From contig CAMNSB010000001.1 of assembly GCA_946554325.1 (NCBI GenBank), forward strand, positions 1-63,221: a stretch of DNA of 63,221 nucleotides, read 5' to 3'. The notes below the pieces were generated by a model. The model made no database searches and was not told the DNA's origin. It saw only the letters and a program-made list of their open reading frames with translations. The stretch is from an uncultured Mycoplasmatota bacterium. GTDB lineage: Bacteria; Bacillota_I; Bacilli_A; RF39; UBA660. The position numbers and the translations under genes are program-made. Below, one piece after another: positions 8,851 through 17,523 of this stretch (positions are counted from its first letter, which is position 1; each line of letters starts with the position of its first letter).

Positions 8851-10971
8851 ATGTTTGATAAAATTGTTTATATTAGTGACCATACTGCAACAGTTAGGTT
8901 AAAAAAAGATGCTGAGATTGTAATGAATCTTATGAATTTGCATATTATTTTTGAGGATAAAGAAAAATCGGTTTTAGGTGAAATTGATGATTTGGATGAA
9001 GAAAATGTAAAGGTTCGTTTTTTGGGTGAAATTATTAATGGTAGACTTATTGGTGGTGTTATTCGTAAACCTACTATGGATGCTGTGATTCGTGCCATAA
9101 AGCCTGAAGAGATTCCTATGATTGTTGGTGAAGATAAAAAAGGTAATATGCTTCTTGGAGTAAGCCCCTTTTATAATGATCATCCCGTTTATTTAGATGT
9201 CAATGGTTTCTTTAGTAATCACTTTGCTATTATTGGTAATAGTGGAGCTGGTAAGAGTTGTGGTGTATCTAGAATTTTTCAGAATATGTTTCATGATATG
9301 AGACTTTTTCCGTACCGTTCTAACATCTTATTATTTGATTCTTCTGGAGAGTATTATAATGCCTTTAAAGATTTAAATAAAATTAATCCTAATTATAATT
9401 ATAAATTTTATACGACTAATGAGTCTGATGGCTTTGGAGAAAAACTTCGTCTTCCTATTTGGCTTTTAAATTCAGGGGATATTGCTTTGTTGTTAGAAGC
9501 GACTGAACATTCTCAACTTCCTATCATTGAGAGAATGTTAAAACTTGCTATGATTTTTGCGGAAGATGATGGGGAGGCTCGTAAATATAAGAACCATTTA
9601 ATTGCAAAAGCGATTATGTCTATTTTATATACGAATCAGACTGGTCCTAACAAGAGAAATGATATATTCTCTATTATTGCTAGTTGTTCTACAGAAGAAT
9701 TTAATTTGGAATCTGTTTTACAGGGTGTTGGTTATACTAGAAAGTTTCGTGATTGTTTCTTGATTGATTCCCAAGGACAATTTACAGAAAGTGTACTTTT
9801 AACTGAATACGTTTCTAGCTTTATTCATGAAGAGTTTGATACTTATGAGCCTAGTGGTAATGTTTACTATACGCTTGCTGATTTAGAAAAGGCGTTAAAC
9901 TTTACTTTAATTAGTGAGGGATGGCTTCGTAATGAGAATACTTATGGTGATGCTGTTACGATTCGTGTTCGACTTCATTCTCTTATTATTGGTCCTTATG
10001 CTAAATACTTTGATGTTTCTAGTTACGTTAGTTTGGATACTTATTTATCTTCTTTGGTTATACAAAATGGGAAAAAATATCAGATGGTTAATATTAATTT
10101 AGATGATGTGGATGATGATTTTGCTAAGGTTATTACGAAAATTTACTCAAGACTTATTTTCGAATTTGTTAAGGGCTTAAAGAATCGTGCTTCTATTCCT
10201 TTTCATATTGTGGTTGAGGAGGCACATCGTTATGTACAGAAAGATACAGATAATTTCTTGATTGGATATAATATTTTTGATCGTATTGCTAAAGAGGGGC
10301 GTAAATATGGGCTTATTTTAGGGCTTATTACACAACGGCCTGTGGAACTTTCTGATACTGTTATTTCCCAGTGTTCTAATTTCCTTATTTTTAAGATGAA
10401 TCATCCGACAGATATTGAGTATATTAAAAAGATGGTTCCTAATATTAGTGAAGAGATCGTGGAAAAGCAAAAGAGTTTGCAGTCTGGTACATGTTTAGCG
10501 TTTGGGCGAGCATTTAAGATTCCTTTGATTGTTAAGATGCAAATGCCTGATCCTGAGCCTATGAGTGGTAACTGTGATGTTGCTAAGATTTGGGATGGAA
10601 ATCCACAAGGTGCAAGTGATAATTCTTCTCAATCTGCTACTCCTAGTGCACCAGGAACTAGTGTCTCTCCTTCAGTACCTTCTAATTCTGCACCAGTAGC
10701 TTCTACTGTTCCAAACGTTCCGAATGTTCCAAATGTGCCAACTGCTCCAAATGTTCCTAGTGCTCCTCCTGCTTCAAGTCAGGTTCCTACTTCTCCTGTT
10801 TCGCCTGTGGCACCAGTAACGGTTCCTTCTACACCAACGGTTCCCGTAGGCTCTAATGTTGGAGTGGCATCTGGTGTTCAAACAGTTCCTCAAACGCCAG
10901 TGGTACCACAAATGCCACAAGGTGTAGTGCCTAATGCTGTAGCACCAACTCAAGTTCCTAGTCCCCAGTAA
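8851..10971 (+). CDS. HerA/DUF87-type (FtsK-HerA superfamily) ATPase with a C-terminal Pro/Ser/Val-rich low-complexity tail
   Basis: Walker A GNSGAGKS, Walker B HIVVEEAHRY, and ITQRPVELSDTVISQCSNFLIFKM. A GTG at 8848 is an alternative start. Confidence 0.8.
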   Translation: MFDKIVYISDHTATVRLKKDAEIVMNLMNLHIIFEDKEKSVLGEIDDLDEENVKVRFLGEIINGRLIGGVIRKPTMDAVIRAIKPEEIPMIVGEDKKGNMLLGVSPFYNDHPVYLDVNGFFSNHFAIIGNSGAGKSCGVSRIFQNMFHDMRLFPYRSNILLFDSSGEYYNAFKDLNKINPNYNYKFYTTNESDGFGEKLRLPIWLLNSGDIALLLEATEHSQLPIIERMLKLAMIFAEDDGEARKYKNHLIAKAIMSILYTNQTGPNKRNDIFSIIASCSTEEFNLESVLQGVGYTRKFRDCFLIDSQGQFTESVLLTEYVSSFIHEEFDTYEPSGNVYYTLADLEKALNFTLISEGWLRNENTYGDAVTIRVRLHSLIIGPYAKYFDVSSYVSLDTYLSSLVIQNGKKYQMVNINLDDVDDDFAKVITKIYSRLIFEFVKGLKNRASIPFHIVVEEAHRYVQKDTDNFLIGYNIFDRIAKEGRKYGLILGLITQRPVELSDTVISQCSNFLIFKMNHPTDIEYIKKMVPNISEEIVEKQKSLQSGTCLAFGRAFKIPLIVKMQMPDPEPMSGNCDVAKIWDGNPQGASDNSSQSATPSAPGTSVSPSVPSNSAPVASTVPNVPNVPNVPTAPNVPSAPPASSQVPTSPVSPVAPVTVPSTPTVPVGSNVGVASGVQTVPQTPVVPQMPQGVVPNAVAPTQVPSPQ
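10708..10757 (+). repeat. Imperfect 9-bp tandem repeats encoding VPN VPN VPN VPT APN VP
   Basis: Read directly, within the tail of the ATPase. Confidence 0.8.
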
Positions 10972-11000
10972 GATTAGAGATTTGTTCTAATCTTTTTTTT
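10971..11000 (+). terminator. Intrinsic terminator
   Basis: AGATTAG ... CTAATCT stem followed by a T8 run. Confidence 0.75.
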
Positions 11001-11067
11001 GTTTTTCTTTTGTTCTTTGGCAATATATTATATAATATCAGTAGTGATTAGGAGAGGATGATGAAAT

Positions 11068-12375
11068 ATGTTTGAAAGTTTAGGAGATAGATTGCAGGAA
11101 GCAATTCATAAAATAAAAGGGTATGGTAAGATTACAGAAGATAATATTTCAGATATGATGAGAGAGATTCGTCTTGCTTTACTGGAAGCTGATGTAAATT
11201 ATAAAGTTGTGAAAGAGTTTACTACCCGTGTTAAAGAAAAAGCTTTGGGAGAAGAGGTAAAACGTAGTATTAATCCTGGAGATATGTTTGTTAAAATTGT
11301 AAAAGATGAGCTTGTAGAGTTATTGGGTGGAGATAGTGTTCCTCTTAATTTATCAGGAAATCCTGCTACATTAATGCTTGTTGGACTTCAGGGTAGTGGT
11401 AAGACAACGACGATTGGGAAACTTGCTAATTTACTTCGTAAAAAGCATGCTAAAAAACCGTTACTTGTTGCTTGTGATATTTATCGACCTGCAGCGATTG
11501 ATCAGTTGAAGCAGATTGGGAAACAGCTTAATATTCCTGTTTTTGAAGAGGGTAAGAAAAATCCAGTAGAAATTGTTGAACATGCTCTTAGTTATGCGAA
11601 AGAGAATGGACATGATTATGTTTTAATAGATACTGCTGGTCGTCTTCATATTGATGAGGAGTTAATGGATGAGTTAAAAGAGTTACAAGCTTTTTTAAAG
11701 CCACAAGAAGTGTTACTTGTTATTGATTCTATGATGGGACAGGATGCTATTCATGTTATAGAAGGATTTCATTCTAATTTAGCACTTACTGGTGTTATTC
11801 TTACTAAGCTTGATGGTGATACTAGAGGTGGTGTAGCACTTTCTGTTCGCCATTTAACACAGGTTCCTATTAAGTTTATTGGTACTAGTGAAAAGCTAGA
11901 TGGAATTGACTCTTTTGATCCTGAGAGGATGGCTGGTCGTATTCTTGGAATGGGAGATATTGTTTCTTTGGTAGAAAAAGCGACAGAGGCAATAGACGAG
12001 AAAGAAGCAGAAAAGACTGCTAAAAAGATGCAAAGTGGTAAGTTTGATTTGGAAGACTTTTTGTCTACTATGAAACAGATTAAGAAAATGGGTCCTCTTG
12101 AAAATTTATTAAAGTTGATTCCTGGGGCTTCTAAAATGGGGCTTAATAAAGTACAGATTGATCCAAAACAAATGGCACATGTGGAGGCGATTGTTTTATC
12201 TATGACACCTACCGAAAGACGAAATCCAAGTATTATTAAAGCAAGCCGTAAAACTAGAATTGCTGCTGGTAGTGGTACTTCTGTACAGGAAGTAAACAGA
12301 CTTCTTCAACAGTTTGATCAAATGAAAAAGATGATGAAACAAATGGCAAATGGAAATATGAAGTTTCCTTTTTAG
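11068..12375 (+). CDS. ffh: Signal recognition particle protein Ffh (SRP54)
   Basis: GLQGSGKTTT, DTAGRL and TKLDGDTRGG motifs, with a Met-rich M domain. Confidence 0.95.
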   Translation: MFESLGDRLQEAIHKIKGYGKITEDNISDMMREIRLALLEADVNYKVVKEFTTRVKEKALGEEVKRSINPGDMFVKIVKDELVELLGGDSVPLNLSGNPATLMLVGLQGSGKTTTIGKLANLLRKKHAKKPLLVACDIYRPAAIDQLKQIGKQLNIPVFEEGKKNPVEIVEHALSYAKENGHDYVLIDTAGRLHIDEELMDELKELQAFLKPQEVLLVIDSMMGQDAIHVIEGFHSNLALTGVILTKLDGDTRGGVALSVRHLTQVPIKFIGTSEKLDGIDSFDPERMAGRILGMGDIVSLVEKATEAIDEKEAEKTAKKMQSGKFDLEDFLSTMKQIKKMGPLENLLKLIPGASKMGLNKVQIDPKQMAHVEAIVLSMTPTERRNPSIIKASRKTRIAAGSGTSVQEVNRLLQQFDQMKKMMKQMANGNMKFPF

Positions 12376-12382
12376 AAAAGAT

Positions 12383-12424
12383 AGTTGTTATATATAGGCT
12401 AAACATATATGCAACTTTTTTTTT
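12383..12424 (+). terminator. Intrinsic terminator of ffh
   Basis: AGTTG-TATATAT ... ATATAT-CAACT stem followed by a T9 run. Confidence 0.75.
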
Positions 12425-12428
12425 CCTT

Positions 12429-12437
12429 CATAAGATA
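12429..12437 (+). promoter_or_regulatory. Candidate mother-cell (sigma-K/E type) -10 element CATAAGATA upstream of the cotD-like gene
   Basis: Matches the CATA---TA pattern, but no convincing -35 element lies at the usual spacing. Confidence 0.25.
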
Positions 12438-12460
12438 AAACTAGATAGGAGGAATAATAT

Positions 12461-12682
12461 ATGTTTAGACATGATCAAACGCTTTATAATGAAGCAAATA
12501 TGCAAACTGAGATTAATGGTAATAATAATACAGTAGAAAATGATATGAATATTGATATTAACATGAATAGTGGTACTGCTATGCAAAATAGTGGTTGTTG
12601 TCAAGGTCAACAACCTATTAATGAAGGTGTGAGAGAAAGATGTGTTCATAGAACTTTCGTTCATGAAGTTCCACAAGTATGA
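12461..12682 (+). CDS. cotD: 5' segment of a split CotD-family spore coat gene (ends ...RCVHRTFVHEVPQV*)
   Basis: AGGAGG RBS. The Cys/His-rich sequence aligns with the B. subtilis CotD core only when joined to 17526..17655. The stop codon is supplied by the inserted DNA. Confidence 0.7.
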   Translation: MFRHDQTLYNEANMQTEINGNNNTVENDMNIDINMNSGTAMQNSGCCQGQQPINEGVRERCVHRTFVHEVPQV

Positions 12683-12781
12683 TAATTTATGACAGACTAA
12701 GTTTTAAAGAGAGAATAAGTACAAATTTAAAGGCATTTAAATGTCTTTTTGTGTGATATAATGAAATAGAAGGTGATACTT

Positions 12782-13606
12782 ATGAATATTTTAATGATTA
12801 GTAATATAGATGCAGATGAAAAATTAGAAGATATATGGCTTGCTAGAGCTTTTCAAAAAGATGGTCATAAGGTAGCGATAGTTGATAAGAATTATGATGA
12901 AAAACTTGAATCTTTATTTGATGTTTTTTTGCTAAGGAATACTTGGGATACTGATGCGAATATAGAAACCATTAAAGAGAAATCTAATTTTCGACTAAGA
13001 ATCATTAATAAAAATCTCCCACGTATTAATTTTGATGGTAAATATGATGGAAAGAGCAAAGAATATCTTGTTCGTTTATATAAAAATGGCTATCCCGTCA
13101 TTCCAACTGTCGATAATATTGAAGATTTACAAATACTAGATAAATGTAATAAAATTTTATTAAAGCTTAAAGATAGTTATGATGGAATAGGACAAATGGT
13201 AGTAGACAAACAACAATTAGAAAAAAACTTTACTGATTCATATGTAATTCAACCATATATGGAATTTCTATCTGAGGTACAATTTTATTATATAAAAGAT
13301 AAATTCGAATATGCACTAGAGTTTATTCCAAGTAAAGTTCCAATTTATCCCGATGCAATAAAATATGAACCAAATGAAAATGAAATGAAATTAGCAGATG
13401 AATTTTCTAAATTAAATGAAAATTATTATGGTATTCAAAGAATTGACTTTATTAAACTTAAGGATGGAACACTTCTTTTGACAGAGATTGAAGATATAGC
13501 TCCCTATTTAGATTTAGATTGTGTTGAAGAAAAAATAAAAAATAAATTTATTTTGGATTATAAAAATATGGTATATGAGTATATGAAAAATATAAATAAT
13601 GATTAG
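12782..13606 (+). CDS. ATP-grasp-like protein (hypothetical)
   Basis: C-terminal ...GIQRIDFIKLKDGTLLLTEIEDIAPYL resembles the ATP-grasp Mg/ATP-binding strand. The ATG at 12782 follows a GAAGGTG RBS. Confidence 0.45.
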   Translation: MNILMISNIDADEKLEDIWLARAFQKDGHKVAIVDKNYDEKLESLFDVFLLRNTWDTDANIETIKEKSNFRLRIINKNLPRINFDGKYDGKSKEYLVRLYKNGYPVIPTVDNIEDLQILDKCNKILLKLKDSYDGIGQMVVDKQQLEKNFTDSYVIQPYMEFLSEVQFYYIKDKFEYALEFIPSKVPIYPDAIKYEPNENEMKLADEFSKLNENYYGIQRIDFIKLKDGTLLLTEIEDIAPYLDLDCVEEKIKNKFILDYKNMVYEYMKNINND

Positions 13607-13631
13607 TAAATAATGAAAGGATGTAAGATTA

Positions 13632-14375
13632 ATGAATATAACTAAAATAAAAGGAGAATTAATTAGTCAAAAAGAATCAAAGTTTAAAGGAAATATATAT
13701 CATTATTCACAAGTTAATTTTTCCTATAATTCAAATAAGATAGAAGGTAGCAGGTTAACCAGTGATCAGACTGAAGCCATATTTGATACTTCATCTTTTA
13801 TTCCTAAGAGTGATGATTTGATAAAATTAGATGATTTAACTGAATCTAAGAATCATTTTAAATTATTTGATTATATGTTAGATAATGTTGATAATAAGTT
13901 ATCTAAAGAAATGATTATCAAAATGAATAAGATATTAAAAAGAAATACTAGTGATGAAGAAAATCCTAGATATAATGTTGGAGGATTTAAAATAGTTCCT
14001 AATATGATAGGTCTTGTTAATGTTATTAATACAACTGCACCAGAAGATGTAGAAAAAGAAATTGATAAATTAGTTTTTGAATATAATGCAAAAACTAATA
14101 TTACTTTAGAAGATATTATTGATTTTCATTATAAATTTGAGAAAATTCATCCCTTTGGAGATGGAAATGGAAGAGTTGGTAGAATTATAATGTTTAAGGA
14201 ATGCCTAAGAAATAATATTATGCCATTTATTGTATTAGATGATGACAAACCTTATTATATGAGAGGTTTAAAAGAATATGAAAATGATAAAATGTTTTTA
14301 ATTGATACTATTAAACATGAACAAGACTTATATGAAAAGATTTGTGAGGAATTATTAAATTTTGAAATACAATAA
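13632..14375 (+). CDS. Fic/DOC family protein (putative AMPylase)
   Basis: Canonical Fic motif HPFGDGNGRVGR. Confidence 0.9.
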   Translation: MNITKIKGELISQKESKFKGNIYHYSQVNFSYNSNKIEGSRLTSDQTEAIFDTSSFIPKSDDLIKLDDLTESKNHFKLFDYMLDNVDNKLSKEMIIKMNKILKRNTSDEENPRYNVGGFKIVPNMIGLVNVINTTAPEDVEKEIDKLVFEYNAKTNITLEDIIDFHYKFEKIHPFGDGNGRVGRIIMFKECLRNNIMPFIVLDDDKPYYMRGLKEYENDKMFLIDTIKHEQDLYEKICEELLNFEIQ

Positions 14376-14402
14376 GATATTAATTTTAAGGGTGTTTTAT
14401 AC

Positions 14403-15311
14403 ATGGTAGATATTCATTCACATACTACATATTTTGATGGAAGTTCTAGTGTAGATGAACTTTTAAGTGAAGCACAAAAATTAAATTTGAGTTTGCTTTC
14501 AATAACTGATCATAATACAATACAAGCTCATTTTGAATTACAAAATTCTAATATAAGAGATAGGTTTAAAGGAGAAATAATATCAGGAATTGAAATAACT
14601 ACAACTTACAAGGGAGAAACAATAGGGGTATTAGGTTATGGTTTTGATTTAGAAACTATGCAGAAATTTTTAGATGCTAATGTACTTTCATTTGGACAAA
14701 AACAAATAAAAGAATATGATCTAATAAAAAATAGGTATAATGCCATAGGAGTAATATTTGATGAAAATAATATTAAATTTGATCCAAAAGTTGAATCTTG
14801 TAGACCAGCATTTGCTATTGAAATAAAAAAACATCCTGAAAATTATAAATTTTTCTTAAATCAAGAATCGATAAATACAGCTAGTGGATTTACTAGGAAT
14901 GAAGTATATAATCCTAAAAGTCCATTATATGTTGATGAATCATCATTGTTTCCTAGCTTAGAAACAGCAATACAAATGATACATAATTCAGGAGGACTTG
15001 CCTTTTTAGCACATACTTTTGCTTATTCTCCTAATATAGCAAATGAGTTGTTAAATATAATAAATAATTATGAACTAGATGGATTGGAGTGTTTTTATAC
15101 AACTTTTACAAAAGAACAATCTGATTATTTAGTAAGTGTTTGTAACGATAGAAAACTGTATATGAGTGGAGGTAGTGATTTTCATGGAACTAGAAAAATA
15201 AATCATAACTTAGGTACTGGACAAGGTAATTTGCATATTGATGAGTCTGTTGTTGATAATTGGGTAAGTGATTATATATCATCATTTGATAGTGTTAAAA
15301 ATATTAAGTAA
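14403..15311 (+). CDS. PHP-domain metal-dependent phosphoesterase
   Basis: VDIHSHTTYFDGS, SITDHNT and GGSDFHG motifs. Confidence 0.85.
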   Translation: MVDIHSHTTYFDGSSSVDELLSEAQKLNLSLLSITDHNTIQAHFELQNSNIRDRFKGEIISGIEITTTYKGETIGVLGYGFDLETMQKFLDANVLSFGQKQIKEYDLIKNRYNAIGVIFDENNIKFDPKVESCRPAFAIEIKKHPENYKFFLNQESINTASGFTRNEVYNPKSPLYVDESSLFPSLETAIQMIHNSGGLAFLAHTFAYSPNIANELLNIINNYELDGLECFYTTFTKEQSDYLVSVCNDRKLYMSGGSDFHGTRKINHNLGTGQGNLHIDESVVDNWVSDYISSFDSVKNIK

Positions 15312-15321
15312 AAAATTTAAT

Positions 15322-15367
15322 CATCCTATAAATTTTATTAATTTAAGAATTTTAGGATGTTTTTTTA
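15322..15367 (+). terminator. Intrinsic terminator of the ATP-grasp/Fic/PHP operon
   Basis: CATCCTA-AA ... TT-TAGGATG stem followed by a T8 run. Confidence 0.7.
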
Positions 15368-15669
15368 TGGCATAAATTATTATAAAATAAGGGTATTTCC
15401 TTAATACCATCCTACATAGTAGGATGAATTTTGTAAGTACGAAATAAGAATTGTGTATATAATTTTCTTTATTTTAAAAGGAAAACTATGTATTGATACA
15501 CAATTTTCTTATCCTGCTGTTTTATAATTTATTAAATTATGAATATTTTTAGGATGATAGATAAAACTTTCTATACTTTATGACTTGACTCAATTTCTTA
15601 GTGGAGGTATCATGCATCATGCAAAAAGGAGATGTTTATGATAATTAGAAAGAGAATGAGTGCTTATAA

Positions 15670-15718
15670 GTAATACTAAATATATGTGTAATTTAAATAT
15701 TATACAATTTAGTATTAC
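15670..15718. repeat. Perfect 12-bp inverted repeat (GTAATACTAAAT ... ATTTAGTATTAC) with a 25-nt spacer, upstream of the small ORF and recombinase
   Basis: Read directly from the sequence. Confidence 0.85.
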
Positions 15719-15765
15719 TAAAACTAGTGATTTATCCATAAGTTTAAGTGAGGTGCTTAAAATAT

Positions 15766-15942
15766 ATGGATAAGTACAAAATTAATTATATCTATAATAA
15801 AAATAATGATATAAATGATGTTTTTATAAAAGTTTTAAATAAGGAACTTAAAAAATATATCCAAATGATTTGTAAAAATGAAAATTGTGAGGTACCATCA
15901 TCATGTACTTATTTATCTCAAGAAAGGAGAAAAAGTTGTTAG
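15766..15942 (+). CDS. Small hypothetical protein overlapping the recombinase start (possible accessory or directionality factor)
   Basis: GAGGTG RBS before ATG 15766. 58 aa. No recognised motif. Confidence 0.3.
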   Translation: MDKYKINYIYNKNNDINDVFIKVLNKELKKYIQMICKNENCEVPSSCTYLSQERRKSC

Positions 15943-17498
15943 AGAGTTTAAATAAGATATATAATGTTGGACTTTATATAAGATTATCTAGGGAAGATGA
16001 TGATAAAACTTTAGAAAGTGAGAGTATTACAAATCAAAAGAGCTTATTACTTCAATATGTTAAAGAAAATAATTTAAGAGTATATGATATTTATATTGAT
16101 GATGGATATAGTGGAACAAATTTTGAAAGACCTGATTTTAATAGATTATTAACTGATATTGAATTAGGTAAAATAAATATGGTTATTACTAAGGATATGT
16201 CAAGACTTGGAAGAGATTATATTGGTACTGGTAATTTAATCGAAAAGTATTTTCCAGAACATAATGTTAGATATATAGCTGTTACTGATAATATAGATAC
16301 ATTTTTAGATAATTCTAATAATGACATTGCACCATTTAAAGCTATTATGAATGACATGTATGCTAAAGATATATCTAAAAAAATAAAATCTAGTTTAAAA
16401 GCAAAAATGAAAGAAGGAAAATGGGTTGGAGGAAGAACTCCGTTTGGATATGATCAAGATAAAGATAATAAAAATCATTTAGTAATAAATCCAGAACAAG
16501 CAATTGTTGTTAAAAGAATATTTGATATGTGTTTAGAAGGTTTATCATTCTTTAAAATAGCCAAACAACTTACAAATGAAGGAATAAAAACCCCAGCACA
16601 ATACTATAACTTTGAATGGAAAAATAACTACAATTTAAAATATGGAGAGTGGCATTCAAAAACCATAAGAGATATTTTAACTAATAGAATGTATATTGGT
16701 GATATGGTACAAAATAGAAGAAGTAAAGTTAATTATAAAGTGAAAAAAGTGATTAAAAATAATCCCAATGATTATATAGTTGTAGAAAATACTCATGAAG
16801 CAATTATAGATAAAGGAATATTTTATGAAGTTCAAAAAAGAATGCCTAAAAATAAGGGGCGAAATGAAAAAAAAGAGATTCATTTATTAGATGGGTTATT
16901 ATATTGTGGTAATTGTGGACATCGAATATCCATACAATCCAGAAGAAAAAAAGATAATAGATGTTATACAATTTGCAATTATTATAGGACTTATATGAAA
17001 CAAAAACTTTGTACAACTCATTCTAATAACTATGATGAATTAGAGAAAGTTATAATCAATTCATTAACTAATATCTGCTTAAATTATATTAATAAAGATA
17101 AAATTAAAAATAATGTATTAAATAATTTAACTGAAGATAATAAATTAAATAATAAAAAAGAGTTAGAAAGACTAACTAACGACATTAAGCAAATAAATGA
17201 TAATTTAGATATTATTTATATTGACAAGTTAAATAATAAAATAACTGAAGAACAATTTGAAAGGGTAAAAGTTAAGTTAGAAAATGAACTAAATATAAAA
17301 CAAAAAAGATATAATGAATTAAATAATAGTATTAATGATAATATTAATGAAGAATCTAAAAATAAAATGATTGTGAAATATATTAATAAGTTTTTATCTA
17401 TGAAAGAACCAAGTAGAGAATTAATAATTAATTTAATTGAAAGAATTGAAATATTTGAAGATAAAACTATAAATATAAAAGTTAGTTTTAGCAAATAA
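15936..17498 (+). CDS. Large serine recombinase (resolvase catalytic domain + recombinase domain + zinc ribbon + coiled coil)
   Basis: YIRLSREDDD...SITNQ catalytic region and CGNCGH...C..CNYY zinc ribbon. The TTG at 15936 follows an AAGGAG RBS; the ATG at 15903 is an alternative start. Confidence 0.9.
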   Translation: MLESLNKIYNVGLYIRLSREDDDKTLESESITNQKSLLLQYVKENNLRVYDIYIDDGYSGTNFERPDFNRLLTDIELGKINMVITKDMSRLGRDYIGTGNLIEKYFPEHNVRYIAVTDNIDTFLDNSNNDIAPFKAIMNDMYAKDISKKIKSSLKAKMKEGKWVGGRTPFGYDQDKDNKNHLVINPEQAIVVKRIFDMCLEGLSFFKIAKQLTNEGIKTPAQYYNFEWKNNYNLKYGEWHSKTIRDILTNRMYIGDMVQNRRSKVNYKVKKVIKNNPNDYIVVENTHEAIIDKGIFYEVQKRMPKNKGRNEKKEIHLLDGLLYCGNCGHRISIQSRRKKDNRCYTICNYYRTYMKQKLCTTHSNNYDELEKVIINSLTNICLNYINKDKIKNNVLNNLTEDNKLNNKKELERLTNDIKQINDNLDIIYIDKLNNKITEEQFERVKVKLENELNIKQKRYNELNNSINDNINEESKNKMIVKYINKFLSMKEPSRELIINLIERIEIFEDKTINIKVSFSK

Positions 17499-17523
17499 AA
17501 AGTCTACCAAAAAAGGACACACA

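Noticed and set aside
8851-10971. Calling the HerA-like ATPase a Sir2-HerA, DUF4297-HerA or NurA-HerA system
   Set aside because: No Sir2, DUF4297/Cap4-like or NurA gene is adjacent. The neighbours are membrane proteins and decayed genes, so only the ATPase family call is supported.
15748-15942. The longer 64-aa form of the small ORF upstream of the recombinase, and ATG 15903 as the recombinase start
   Set aside because: The internal ATG at 15766 and the TTG at 15936 are each preceded by good Shine-Dalgarno sequences, while the longer starts are not. Both alternatives remain possible.
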